Assembly (NCBI GenBank): GCA_002269645.1
Contig: NIVC01001461.1
Coordinates: 121,313 to 185,312 of the forward strand
Length of the DNA: 64,000 bases
From: Macrostomum lignano
Lineage: Eukaryota
Direction of reading: 5' to 3'
Every line of letters starts with the position of its first letter. Position 1 is the stretch's first letter. The translations under genes and the position numbers were made by a program. Below the pieces are notes generated by a model. It ran no database searches. It was given only the letters and a program-made list of their open reading frames with translations, and had not been told where the DNA came from. Positions 11,501 to 23,426 of this stretch are shown here, in pieces.

Positions 11501-13402
11501 AAGGCCACCAGGATGCCGTGTGGAGTCTGGCCGCTATGGGGCCGGTGAGTTGCATTGGGGAAGCCTTTTTAAATAGTTTTGAAAATCCAAGGTGAGGAGT
11601 GAGCCTAGCGGTCAAAGCGACGGGCTCACGACTGAAAGGTCGGGGGTTCGATTCTCGACCTACCCGGAAAAAATTTTGTGTCCTTGAGCAAGACGCTTAA
11701 CTCTGCATTGCTTCAGTTCACCCAGCTGTAAAATGGGTGCCAGCATTAGCTGGGGTAATTGAGGGTGTGTGACGACCCCCCCCCCTCAGTCCTTGGACTG
11801 AACAGCCGTACGCAGCCTTCAGATGCGCCGCGCAATAGCTGCGGCTGAGCTGTCGGACCCCTAAGCACAGTGTTTACATGCAGCAGACAATCATCGTGTT
11901 CGCGGGGCTGCTCACAGAACTGAGAAAAGTGACGCTTCAGACTGGTTTCCATTGCAATTTTATTTTAATAATTTACCCAGCCAATACCTGCTTTTTCAGG
12001 ACACCGTGTTCTCCATCGGCGCTGATTCCACTCTGCGCGCCTGGCGCACTCGTCACCATGGCAACCAGCAGGGCGATGACGAATCTGGTTCGTCGAGTCC
12101 CCTGCTGCGCACCAGCGAGCTGCCCGGCCGGCCCACCAGCCTGGCTATTGTGCCCGCCGATCCCGGCAAGCTGCTCGTCTCCATGGCAACTGTTGCCGAC
12201 TCGGCCGGCTCCTGTCTGCTGCTGGTTGACGCCGAGACCGGCCAGACAGTGCTGCGAATGCCTACGTCATCTGCTGGCGAGGGCGAAGGCGCAGCCGCCT
12301 CTGCGACTCGGGTGGTGGCGCACCCGACTCAGGTGAGTTCGGAATCCAAGCTTTCCCTATTCGTGGGCGTTTGGTTGCTATGGAGATTCTAATTGGTTGG
12401 GGATTCTGATCCCATCCTGACTCTGATTGATTGGGGATTCTGATCCCATCCTGACTCTGATTGATTGGGGATTCTGATCCCATCCTGACTCTGATTGGGG
12501 ATTCTGATCTCATCCTGACTCTGATTGATTGGGGATTCTGATCCCATCCTGACTCTGATTGGGGATTCTGATCTCATCCTGACTCTGATTGATTGGGGAT
12601 TCTGATCCCATCCTGACTCTGATTGATTGGGGATTCTGATCCCATCCTGACTCTGATTGATTGGGGATTCTGATCCCATCCTGACTCTGATTGATTGGGG
12701 ATTCTGATCCCATCCTGACTTTGATTGGGGATTCTGATCCCATCCTGACTTTGATTGGGGATTCTGATCTCATCCTGACTCTGATTGATTGGGGATTCTG
12801 ATCCCATCCTGACTCTGATTGATTGGGGATTCTGATCCCATCCTGACTCTGATTGATTGGGGATTCTGATCCCATCCTGACTCTGATTGATTGGGGATTC
12901 TGATCCCATCCTGACTCTGATTGATTGGGGATTCTGATCCCATCCTGACTCTGATTGATTGGGGATTCTGATCCCATCCTGACTCTGATTGATTGGGGAT
13001 TCTGATCCCATCCTGACTCTGATTGATTGGGGATTCTGATCCCATCCTAAATCCCCCCACCAACAACTCCGTTGAATCTCACAGGCCACGGCCATGGCCG
13101 GCTACTCGGACCGCTGCATCCGTTGCTATGACTACGCATCGGGCGAGCTGACGCACAGCATGGTGGCCCACCTGGACTCGGTCACCAGCCTGGCCGTGGA
13201 CCCCAACGGTCTCTACTTGGTGTCTGGCAGCCACGACGCCTCTCTGCGCGTCTGGAGTCTCGACGATCCGCGCAGCTGTGTGCAGGAGATCGCCGCGCAC
13301 CGGCGCAAGTTCGACGAGGCCGTACACGACGTGGCCCTGCACCCGGCCAAGAGTCTCCTGGCCAGCGCCGGGGCCGACGCGCTGGCCAAAGTCTTTGTTT
13401 GA
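2543..13402 (+). CDS. STRN: Striatin family protein (PP2A B''' subunit, STRIPAK scaffold), 8 coding exons, ~858 aa
   Basis: join(2543..2758,6998..7321,8246..8686,9218..9634,10601..10822,11239..11544,12000..12332,13085..13402), all GT-AG. N-terminal YTMPGVLHFLQTEWSKFEMERSQWEVERAELQARIAFLQGERKGQENLKHDLVRRIKMLEFALRQER, calmodulin-binding RQLIRQYLQEIGY, WD40 repeats (LRSHLDSVRSLAFHP; SGSHDASLRVW), C-terminus ASAGADALAKVFV. Paralog (STRN/3/4) not resolvable. Confidence 0.95.
4145..4424. mobile_element. 280-bp MITE-like element with TIRs and target-site duplication, nested in the 718-bp element
   Basis: TIRs CCCTGATTGCAGCGCATGG / CCATGCGCTGCAATAGGG (14-bp perfect core). Flanking direct repeat AAGGACG (4138-4144, 4425-4431), extendable to AAGGACGCC. 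Confidence 0.7.
4253..4315 (-). pseudogene. 28S rRNA-derived fragment (helix 69-71 region)
   Basis: Minus strand GGGTAAACGGCAGGAGTAACTATGACTGTCTTATCAAGCGTAAATGCCTCGGCATCTAATTAG vs conserved eukaryotic 28S GGGTAAACGGCGGGAGTAACTATGACTCTCTTAAGGTAGCCAAATGCCTCGTCATCTAATTAG (recalled consensus): 52/63 identical, ungapped. Confidence 0.85.
7376..8193 (+). repeat. Minisatellite, 39-40-bp unit (34-bp variant distally), striatin intron 2
   Basis: Unit TAATTCCCTGTGAGCATTTGGCTAATCTGACTGTCCTTAG, ~20 copies. Confidence 0.95.
8801..8875 (+). mobile_element. tRNA-derived SINE head (truncated copy)
   Basis: A box TAGCCTAGTGG, B box GGTTCGATTC. Shares CTCACGACTGAAAGGTCGGGGGTTCGATTCTCGACC with the copy at 11598. 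Confidence 0.75.
9660..10553 (+). repeat. 21-bp minisatellite, striatin intron 4
   Basis: Unit GGGATCTCTGTGAATAGCTTT with variants, ~40 copies. Confidence 0.95.
10852..11140 (+). repeat. Purine-rich ~18-bp minisatellite, striatin intron 5
   Basis: Unit GGAGGGAGAGGGGATCAG. Confidence 0.9.
11598..11856 (+). mobile_element. tRNA-derived SINE with CORE-like middle domain and LINE-derived 3' tail (3'-truncated)
   Basis: Pol III A/B boxes; CCTTGAGCAAGACGCTTAACTC...CAGCTGTAAAATGGG resembles the CORE/MIR-type motif; tail CAGCCGTACGCAGCCTTCAGATGCG. Homologous to 40531-40833. Confidence 0.85.
12391..13050 (+). repeat. 30-34-bp minisatellite, striatin intron 7
   Basis: Unit GATTGGGGATTCTGATCCCATCCTGACTCT(GATT). 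Confidence 0.95.
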
Positions 13403-13540
13403 TTGAAGCCCCCGTGTGACGGCTTCTGTAGAGACATTTTGTTTCTTGGAGTTTTCAAGGCTTTTTGAGAACAACAGAGCGAATAAGCAGCATTGGTAGT
13501 CTAGATTTAAATATTGATTATTCCGAGGCTTCCGGGTTTG

Positions 13541-14246
13541 TCTGTAGCAGATTTGTGTTCAGTTTCTGGCAGATTGGTGTGCAGTTACTGGCAGATTGGT
13601 GTGCAGTTGCTGGCAGATTGGTGTGCAGTTGCTGGCAGATTGATGTGCAGTTGCTGGCAGATTGGTGTGCAGTTGCTGGCAGATTGATGTGCAGTTGCTG
13701 GCAGATTGGTGTGCAGTTGCTAGCAGATTGATGTGCAGTTGCTGGCAGATTTGTGTGCAGTTGCTGGCAGATTGGTGTGCAGTTGCTGGCAGATTTGTGT
13801 GCAGTTGCTGGCAGATTTGTGTGCAGTTGCTGGCAGATTTGTGTGCAGTTTCTGGCAGATTGGTGTGCAGTTGCTGGCAGATTGGTGTGCAGTTGCTGGC
13901 AGATTTGTGTGCAGTTGCTAGCAGATTGATGTGCAGTTGCTGACAGATTGGTGTGCAGTTGCTGGCAGATTGGTGTGCAGTTGCTGGCAGATTTGTGTGC
14001 AGTTGCTGGCAGATTTGTGTGCAGTTTCTGGCAGATTTGTGTGCAGTTGCTGGCAGATTTGTGTGCAGTTGTTGGCAGATTTGTGTGCAGTTGTTGGCAG
14101 ATTGGTGTGCAGTTGCTGGCAGATTGGTGTGCAGTTGCTGGCAGATTGGTGTGCAGTTGCTGGCAGATTTGTGTGCAGTTGCTGGCAGATTTGTGTGCAG
14201 TTGCTGGCAGATTGGTGTACAGTTGCTGGCAGATTGGTGTGCAGTA
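13541..14246 (+). repeat. 21-bp minisatellite just downstream of the striatin stop codon
   Basis: Unit GCAGTTGCTGGCAGATT(T/G)GTGT, ~33 copies. Confidence 0.95.
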
Positions 14247-15499
14247 TCTAGCAGGTCTGCAATCCTCCCAAGCCTCCCCGCAGACAAGGAGAATGGCTGT
14301 TTCATTGAACTGATGTCTGTTGCAATGTGCGCTGGAGGCAAAAAATCCCACATCTCAAAACAGCCCACTCGAGCGAGTATAATTGAGCCTTCAAAAATTT
14401 CTGAAAAAACAAAACTTTACCGTCATTTCACCGTGTTCAAGGACCTCTTTTAAGTTCCAAGTGGACTGCAGTTTGTCATCATAATTGTTTTCAGTCTGTT
14501 TGTCCCCCCTTGCCTAGTTGTCCTCGCCCCTCCGATTCTCAAGGACTACCGGAGCAATAAACTGGACTGTTGCACTTGTTTGCAACAGTACTGCAGGGTT
14601 TCCAGTCCAAATGCTTAATCTTTAATAGTTCAAGAACTTCTAATTGCTTTCGCTGTCTGCCATCGTCATTGTAGTCTTATTAACAAAATGTAGTAGTAAA
14701 AAGTGTAGTACAGTCGTTATAAAGTACTTTGTGCACTCTGCTGTCGCTTGCTCCCGCCTAATAAGAATACTAATATAATATAATATTATTTTAATGCTAC
14801 TACTAGTACTAATAGATAGTATGCCAGTCAGCATACGTGAATACTTGCTGTTTGTCTCTCTCCATATACACATATTCGATTACTATTTGCATATGTATTT
14901 GCCGATGGATCTAATAATATTGAAAATACACACATGTTCATAACTCTACTTAATAACAGTAGTCTGTAGAGCGCATATTTAGCCAGCTGTTTGGATGGAA
15001 TTTTATTTGCTAAACTACTGACTGCGTAAATAAAATTATTTAAATAAACAATCTTTTTTTTCGCTTTGTCAGTCCCTGATGTGTCTTGTGTTAAATGCCG
15101 TCATGTACTTTTATTTCTGTAATCCAGCCCGCTCGCCGTATGAACTTTCATACTCGAGCCGCCCTAAACTCGAATCTGTCACCAAGGATACCAGTGCTAA
15201 TTGAGGAGCTAACCCCACAAATAATCACATCTAGTAGTAATATATAATTTAGCATGCGTGGATTTACTGTAATTATTATTTAAAACGTGTTTTGCTTATT
15301 TAAACATTGCTCTTTTTGATAACAAATAGTTCTATATATTATACTGGAGCTAATTCACTGGCTGCTGTGCGGGCACTGTTGAAAATATACTGTGCTGCTG
15401 GGTTTGTACTTTTAAGCTGCCGCAATCTATTAAATTTAATGGTCCTTTTATGAGTTCTTTTATTGCGTTGCTTTTACAGCAAACTGCTGGAGCTGATTC

Positions 15500-15760
15500 T
15501 GGGAGGCTGGTGGCCCAGCATCTGAAAATCTGGGAGGTTGGTGGGCTGGGTGGCCCAGCAACTGAGGAACTGGGAGGCTGGCCAAGCAACTGAGGATCTG
15601 AGAGGCTGGCCAAGCAACTGAGGATCTGAGAGGCTGGTGGCCCAGCATTTAAGATTCTAGAAGGCTGGTGGCCCAGCAACTGAGGATCTGGGAGGCTGGC
15701 CCAGCAACTGAGGATCTGGGAGGCTGGCCCAGCAACTGACACTCCGGGAGGCTGGCCCAT
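15500..15760 (+). repeat. 28-31-bp minisatellite
   Basis: Unit GGCCCAGCAACTGAGGATCTGGGAGGCT(GGT). Confidence 0.85.
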
Positions 15761-16744
15761 CATCTGTTTAATGTGAATATTTTGTCACGCTTTCAACCAA
15801 CAAAAAACTGGGCAAGTTTCAGCAATTCTAGCTTTTATGTGGCTTCGAAGCTCGAAGAAAAAGTCCGACAAAAGCGACTTGCGCAGCATATAGACTCGGT
15901 ATATTTTTAATCACACATATATATATTATATTTTGCTTTGTGAAATATGGTTTCAAACTGAAATACGCAAATTCTACGATGAGTATAAGATTCGCATTAA
16001 TTAAAGTACTCTCTGATACCTATACGGCGCATGAGTCAAGAATTAGCCGCACAATGGCGACCACAAAATGAAATACTAAGGGGGGAGGCGACAGTAGCTG
16101 ATGCGGAGCACAAAACAGAAGAGTATGAAGAAAACCGGCCTTGACTAAAAGTACAAGAAAAATTTTACAATGCACAACAATTAAGCTGTCCATATGCCTA
16201 GCATAAAAAGAAGTCAAAGAAAACAAATTTTAAGCGCTAATGTTAAAGCAAAACGAAAACCGAGGCGGAGCACTGTTGAAATTCTGTGAACCTTGCGCTG
16301 CATAGACTACTGATTGCAGAGACCTGGTTAGAAGACTATCGGAACAACCAGTAGTAATTAAAGTACAAGTGCTATAGAGGCAAAAATCATTATTACTACA
16401 AAAAGCAGCTGCGACTACTGTAAGTAAAGTATTTAAGTGGCGCTGAAGTTACAGAATTATGCTTTGTGGCATACAAACAATATTTTGATTATTAGTTTGG
16501 GGCGAAGGCAAGAGAGTCGGTCAATCACCGTTGCCATAGCAACAAAGGAAGCTCAAAACCTGAGGCATTTGAACCGATAAAAAAGTAGGGAAATATTTTT
16601 TGTTCACAAGGTAAGACAGAGCTGCAACTGGCTATTTTATGAATGGGAAGTTTCAGTCTGTGCGACAGTAACTGCAGACAAGCAGATACTGCGTTGAAAT
16701 TCGAGCACGGCAAGCACTGCCGTCGACTGAATATTCAATAGGAA

Positions 16745-17525
16745 CTCTGAGTTAGCCTGAGTTCGAGTCCCATCCGTGTCTTGCAGGTGATCCCGAGTTC
16801 GAGTCCCATCCGTGTCTTACAGGTGGGCCTGAGTTCGAGTCCCATCCGTGTCTTGCAGGTGGGCCCGAGTTCGAGTCCCATCCGTGTCTTACAGGTGGGC
16901 CCGAGTTCGAGTCCCATCCGTGTCTTACAGGTGGGCCCGAGTTTGAGTTCCATCTGTGTCTTACAGGTGGGCCTGAGTTCGAGTCCCATCCGTGTCTTGC
17001 AGGTGGGCCTGAGTTCGAATCCCATCCGTGTCTTACAGGTGGGCCTGAGTTCGAGTCCCATCCGTGTCTTGCAGGTGGGCCCGAGTTCGAGTCCCATCCG
17101 TGTCTTACAGGTGGGCCCGAGTTTGAGTTCCATCTGTGTCTTACAGGTGGGCCCGAGTTTGAGTTCCATCTGTGTCTTACAGGTGGGCCCGAGTTCGAGT
17201 CCCATCTGTGTCTTACAGGTGGGCCCGAGTTCGAGTCCCATCTGTGTCTTACAGGTGGGCCCGAGTTCGAGTCCCATCTGTGTCTTACAGGTGGGCCTGA
17301 GTTCGAGTCCTATCTGTGACTTACAGGTGGGCCCGAGTTCGAGTCCCATCTGTGTCTTACAGGTGAGCCCGAGTTCGAGTCCCATCTGTGTCTTACAGGT
17401 GGGCCCGAGTTCGAGTCCCATCTGTGTCTTACAGGTGGGCCTGAGCTTGAGACCCATCCCGGTCAATAAGATGGCCCCGAGTTCGAGCCCCATTTCTGTT
17501 CAGCAGGTGGGCCTGAGTTCGAGAC
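16745..17525 (+). repeat. 36-bp minisatellite
   Basis: Unit CCATCCGTGTCTTACAGGTGGGCCCGAGTTCGAGTC, ~21 copies. Confidence 0.95.
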
Positions 17526-17879
17526 CAAAATTGCACCATAGAACAATCTGAGTAACGGAAACAAAAAGTAATAAATAAATAAACAAAAACATTAATGCTT
17601 AAAGCAAGACAAACATAAGGGTAGCAAGCAAGTGAACTAAATAACTGTTGTGTATTGCAGAATAGATGCATAATATATAATAATAATTGCATTGCGGAGC
17701 AACCCTAATCAAGTCAATACATGTTCAGAGTCTGAGACAACGCACTGGTTGCAAAGGAAATTTTACTGTTCACCAGTCACTCATCGGCAATAATTCGGTA
17801 TGAGTCATATTTTGCTGAGTAATCCTTAAGAAATGCAGCCATTTTAGCAACAACAATGGAGATGGGAGCGGATCATGGG

Positions 17880-19258
17880 CAGATTTTCAAGGACTGGGGA
17901 CTGATCAGGGGCGGATTCTCAAGGACTGAGGAGGCGGATTCTCAAGGACTGAGGGGGCGGATTCTCAAGGACTGAGGGGGCGGATTCTCAAGGACTGAGG
18001 GGGCGGATTCTCAAGGACTGAGGGGGCGGATTCTCAAGGACTGAGGAGGCGGATTCTCAAGGACTGAGGAGGCGGATTCTCAAGGACTGAGGAGGCGGAT
18101 TCTCAAGGACTGAGGAGGCGGATTCTCAAGGACTGAGGAGGCGGATTCTCAAGGACTGAGGGGGCGGATTCTCAAGGACTGAGGGGGCGGATTCTCAAGG
18201 ACTGAGGGGGCGGATTCTCAAGGACTGAGGGGGCGGATCAGGGGTGGATTCTTAAAGAGTGAGAGGGCGGATTGTCAAAGAGTGAGGGGCGGATCAGGGG
18301 CGGATTCCTAAAGAGTGAGGGGGCGGATTGTCAAAGAGTGAGGGGCGGATTGTCAAAGAGTGAGGGGCGGATTCTCAGAGTAAGGGGCGGATCAGGGGCG
18401 GATTCTTAAAGAGTGAGGGGGCGGATTCTCAAAGAGTGAGGGGCGGATTAGGGGCAGATTCTCAGAGTGAGGGGCGGATCAGGGGCGGATTCCTAAAGAG
18501 TGAGGGGGCGGATTGTCAAAGAGTGAGGGGCGGATTCTCAGAGTGAGGGGCGGATCAGGGGCGGATTCCTAAAGAGTGAGGGGGCGGATTGTCAAAGAGT
18601 GAGGGGGCGGATCAGGGGCGGATTCTCAGAGTGAGGGGGCGGATCAGGGGCGGATTCCTAAAGAGTGAGGGGGTGGATTGTCAAAGAGTGAGGGGCGGAT
18701 TCTCAGAGTGAGGGCGGATCAGGGGCGGATTCTTAAAGAGTGAGGGGACGAATTGTCAAAGAGTGAGGGGCGGATCAGGGGCAGATTCTCAGAGTGAGGG
18801 GCGGATCAGGGGCGGATTCCTAAAGAGTGTGGGGGGCGGATTGTCAAAGAGTGAGGGGCGGATCAGGGGCGGATTCTCAGAGTGAGGGGGCGGATCAGGG
18901 GCGGATTCTTAAAGAGTGAGGAGGCGGATCAGGGGCGGATTCTTAAAGAGTGAGGAGGCGGATCAGGGGCGGATTCTTAAAGAGTGAGGAGGCGGATCAG
19001 GGGCGGATTCAGAGTGAGGGGGGCGGATCAGGGGCGGATTCTTAAAGAGCGAGGGGGCTGATCAGGGGCGGATTCAAAGAGTGAGGGGGCGGATCAGGGG
19101 CGGATTCTTAAAGAGTGAGGGGGCGGATCAGGGGCGGATTCCTAAAGAGTGAGGGGGCGGATTGTCAAAGAGTGAGGGGGCGGATCAGGGGCGGATTCTC
19201 AGAGTGAGGGGGCGGATCAGGGGCGGATTCTCAAGGACTGAGGGGGGCGGATCAGAGA
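17880..19258 (+). repeat. G-rich compound minisatellite (GGGGCGGAT-based units) downstream of the MFSD2-like gene
   Basis: Units GGGGGCGGATTCTCAAGGACTGA and GGGGCGGATCAGGGGCGGATTCTTAAAGAGTGA. Confidence 0.9.
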
Positions 19259-19317
19259 TTCAGGATCACGAAGAGCCAAAGCATGGCTCGGTGGTGAGTT
19301 GGATAACTCTGGAATCC

Positions 19318-22300
19318 TCAGCAAACCGCGGCAGCCCCGCCAGACTGTGAGGACGAAGACGAGGACGACAGCCGCTTCTTCCTGCAGACGCCGTCGGGAT
19401 CGGAGGCGCTGTCGGAGCCGCCGCAGCCGCTGTCCCCGCCGCCGGGGTGCAGGCAGCAGCCGACGATCCCGGAGCCGGACGGGCCGCCGCCGCCGTTACT
19501 GTCGCCGTCAGCGGCCTCGGCAGCTGCCGACTGCAGCGATGCGACGTTGCCCGAGGCTGCCAGCGGGTCCACAGATGAGCCCAGGTAATCCAGGCTGTTC
19601 AAATTCATGGGCAATCCGTCCAGCTGGGCGGCTTTCAGCATCCGCTTGTCCAGATTGCGCCTGTGGAGGATGGGCAATTCGGACTGGTCATGCACACTTG
19701 TGATCTGGTCATTCGAACTGGTCATGCACACTTGTGATCTGGTCATTCGGACTGGTCATGCACACTTGTGATCTGGTCATTCGGACTGGTCATGCACACT
19801 TGTGATCTGGTCATTCGGACTGGTCATGCACACTTGTGATCTGGTCATTCGGACTGGTCATGCACACTTGTGATCTGGTCATTCGGACTGGTCATGCACA
19901 CTTGTGATCTGGTCATTCGGACTGGTCATGCACACTTGTGATCTGGTCATTCGGACTGGTCATGCACACTTGTGATCTGGTCATTCGGACTGGTCATGCA
20001 CACTTGTGATCTGGTCATTCGGACTGGTCATGCACACTTGTGATCTGGTCATTCGGACTGGTCATGCACACTTGTGATCTGGTCATTCGGACTGGTCATG
20101 CACACTTGTGATCTGGTCATTCGGACTGGTCATGCACACTTGTGATCTGGTCATTCGGACTGGTCATGCACACTTGTGATCTGGTCATTACGGATCGGTC
20201 ATAGACACCAGTGATCTAGTGATTACACAAAGCCAAGCCCTCACCTATACTCAGGTGTTATAGGATACAATCTGAGCACAATGAATGCTGCAACCACTAG
20301 CAGCATAGGTAGAGGGCCCATCATGACTCGCAGAGCGTAGCCAACCATCTCAGGCTGATGGCAGGAAGGCGGCAGCTGATAGCCGGTGAGGTGAAGTCCC
20401 AGCTGCAGACAGGCGGTGCTAATGCCCACAGCGAACTTGTTGAAGAACACGTACAGGCTGTAGAAGGCGGCCTCGTCCCGCCGACCGGTGCTGACCGTGT
20501 AGTCATCGATGACGTCGGGCAGCATAATCCAGGGCAGCAGCATGTTGATGCTGACGTAGCAGCCGGCCACCACCATGGTTGCGTAGTACTGGGGCACGAA
20601 TTGCACTCTGGGGTTGGCGGGGGGGGGTTGGATGGCTTTGTATTCTGCTGCTTGTTTGATCGGAAATTCACTCTGGATTCATAAAAATGGCAGCCCTGGA
20701 TTTGCAAAAATGGCGGCCCTGGATTTTCTCAAAATGGCGGCCCTGGATTTGCAAAAATGGCGGCCCTGGATTTTCTCAAAATGGCGGCCCTGGATTTGCA
20801 AAAATGGCGGCCCTGGATTTTCTCAAAATGGCGGCCCTGGATTTGCAAAAATGGCGGCCCTGGATTTTCTCAAAATGGCGGCCCTGGATTTGCAAAAATG
20901 GCGGCCCTGGATTTTCTCAAAATGGCGGCCCTGGATTTTCTCAAAATGGCGGCCCTGGATTTTCTCAAAATGGCGGCCCTGGATTTTCTCAAAATGGCGG
21001 CCCTGGATTTGCAAAAATGGCGGCCCTGGATTTTCTCAAAATGGCGGCCCTGGATTTTCTCAAAATGGCGGCCCTGGATTTTCTCAAAATGGCGGCCCTG
21101 GATTTTCTCAAAATGGCGGCCCTGGATTTGCAAAAATGGCGGCCCTGGATTTTCTCAAAATGGCGGCCCTGGATTTGCAAAAATGGCGGCCACGGATTTT
21201 CTCAAAATAGCGGCCCCGGATTTGACGAAAAATGGCGGCCCTGGATTTGCTCAAAATAGCGGCCCTGGATTTGAAAAAATGACGGCCCCGGATTTGACAA
21301 AAAGTGGCGGCCCTGAATTTGCAAAAATGGCGGCCCTGGATTTGCAAAAATGGCGGCCCTGGATTTGCAAAAATGGCGGCCTGAATTTGCAAAAATGGCG
21401 GCCCTGGATTTGCAAAAATGGCGGCCCTGGATTTGCTCAAAATGGCGGCCCTGGATTTGCTCAAAATGGCGGCCCTGGATTTGCTCAAAATGGCGGCCCT
21501 GGATTTACAGATTTACATAAACAGTCACTCTTAAAAATGCCCCTGTGACCTTAAAAATGGCCCATAGACAACAAACTGGCACTTGAGGAGTTACAAAAAT
21601 GGCCCATAGACAACAAACTGGCACTTGAGGAGTTACAAAAATGGCCCATAGACAACAAACTGGCACTTGAGGAGTTACAAAAATGGCCCATAGACAACAA
21701 ACTGGCACTTGAGGAGTTACAAAAATGGCCCGCGTGACAAACCTGGCAGGACAAAAAGTGGCAGACAGGCAGACAGGCAGTATCAGAGCCAGTCCGATGA
21801 TGAAGACGCGCTTTTTGCCCAGCCGCCGGATCAGATAGAACACCAATGGGGTGACCAGGATGGCCGTTACCATGACAACGGCGATAGCGAATTTCAAATG
21901 CGGCTTCATTTTCAGACTGTAGATGGTGTACAGAGCCAGGCTGTTCTGCACAGTCTGGATAGCCAGGGAGCTCAGCATGAAGCTCAGCATGAGCAGCCGG
22001 TAGGGCCGGTGGCAGAGGCAGCTCCGGAACGTGGCCAGCATGCTGTCGCTGTTTGAGTCGGCGACGGCGTTGCCCAACGTTGGTTTGGCCTGCTTGACCT
22101 CGGCGGCGATCTCCTTGGTGCCGAAGAAGCCGATGCCGCCGCACAGCAGCACCACGGCGCCGATGATGGACGCGCCAAGGCGGTAGCGGGCCTCCTCCTC
22201 TGGGGACACGTGGGCTGTGGCCGGCGCGGACTGGTTGCTAGGCAACAGGCTGCCGTTGGAGTGACTGTTGCCCGATGCCGAGGCCAGGGTGCACCTGTCC

Positions 22301-22388
22301 GGCCCGATCTGCGTGATGAAGGTGAAGGTCATCACGCCGAACAGGGTGCCGACCATCTCGAATACCATTCCTGCGGGTGGGTGGCGAT

Positions 22389-22443
<55 letters not shown>

Positions 22444-22542
22444 GCCTGTCTGTCTCTCTGTCTGTCTGTCTGTCTGTCTTAGTGTCTGTCTGTCTTAGGG
22501 TATGTCTGTCTGTCTTAGTGTCTGTCTGTCTGTCTGTCTTAG

Positions 22543-22587
<45 letters not shown>

Positions 22588-22730
22588 TAGTGTCTGTCTG
22601 TCTGTCTTAGTGTCTGTCTGTCTGTCTGTCTGTCTTAGTGTCTGTCTGTCTGTCTGTCTTAGTGTCTGTCTGTCTGTCTGTATGTCTTAGTGTCTGTCTG
22701 TCTGTCTGTCTGTCTTAGTGTCTGTCTTAG

Positions 22731-22811
<81 letters not shown>

Positions 22812-22926
22812 TAGTGTCTGTCTGTCTGTCTGTCTTAGTGTCTGTCTGTCTGTCTGTCTGTCTGTCTTAGTGTCTTAGTGTCTGTCTGTATGTCTTAGTG
22901 TCTGTCTGTCTGTCTGTCTGTCTTAG

Positions 22927-22968
<42 letters not shown>

Positions 22969-23092
22969 CCTGTCTGTCTTAGTGTCTGTCTGTCTGTCCG
23001 TCTGTCTTAGTGTCTGTCTTAGTGTCTGTCTTAGTGTCTGACTTAGTGTCTGTCTTAGTGTCTGACGTAGTGTGTCTTAGTGTCTGTCTTAG

Positions 23093-23141
<49 letters not shown>

Positions 23142-23212
23142 TAGTGTCTGTCTGTCTTAGGGTCTGTCTGTCTGTCTTAGTGTCTGTCTGTCTGTCTGTC
23201 TTAGTGTCTTAG

Positions 23213-23249
<37 letters not shown>

Positions 23250-23368
23250 TAGTGTCTGTCTGTCTGTCTGTCTGTCTTAGTGTCTGTCTGTCTTAGGGTC
23301 TGTCTGTCTGTCTTAGTGTCTGTCTGTCTGTCTGTCTTAGTGTCTGTCTGTCTGTCTGTCTGTCTTAG

Positions 23369-23426
<58 letters not shown>

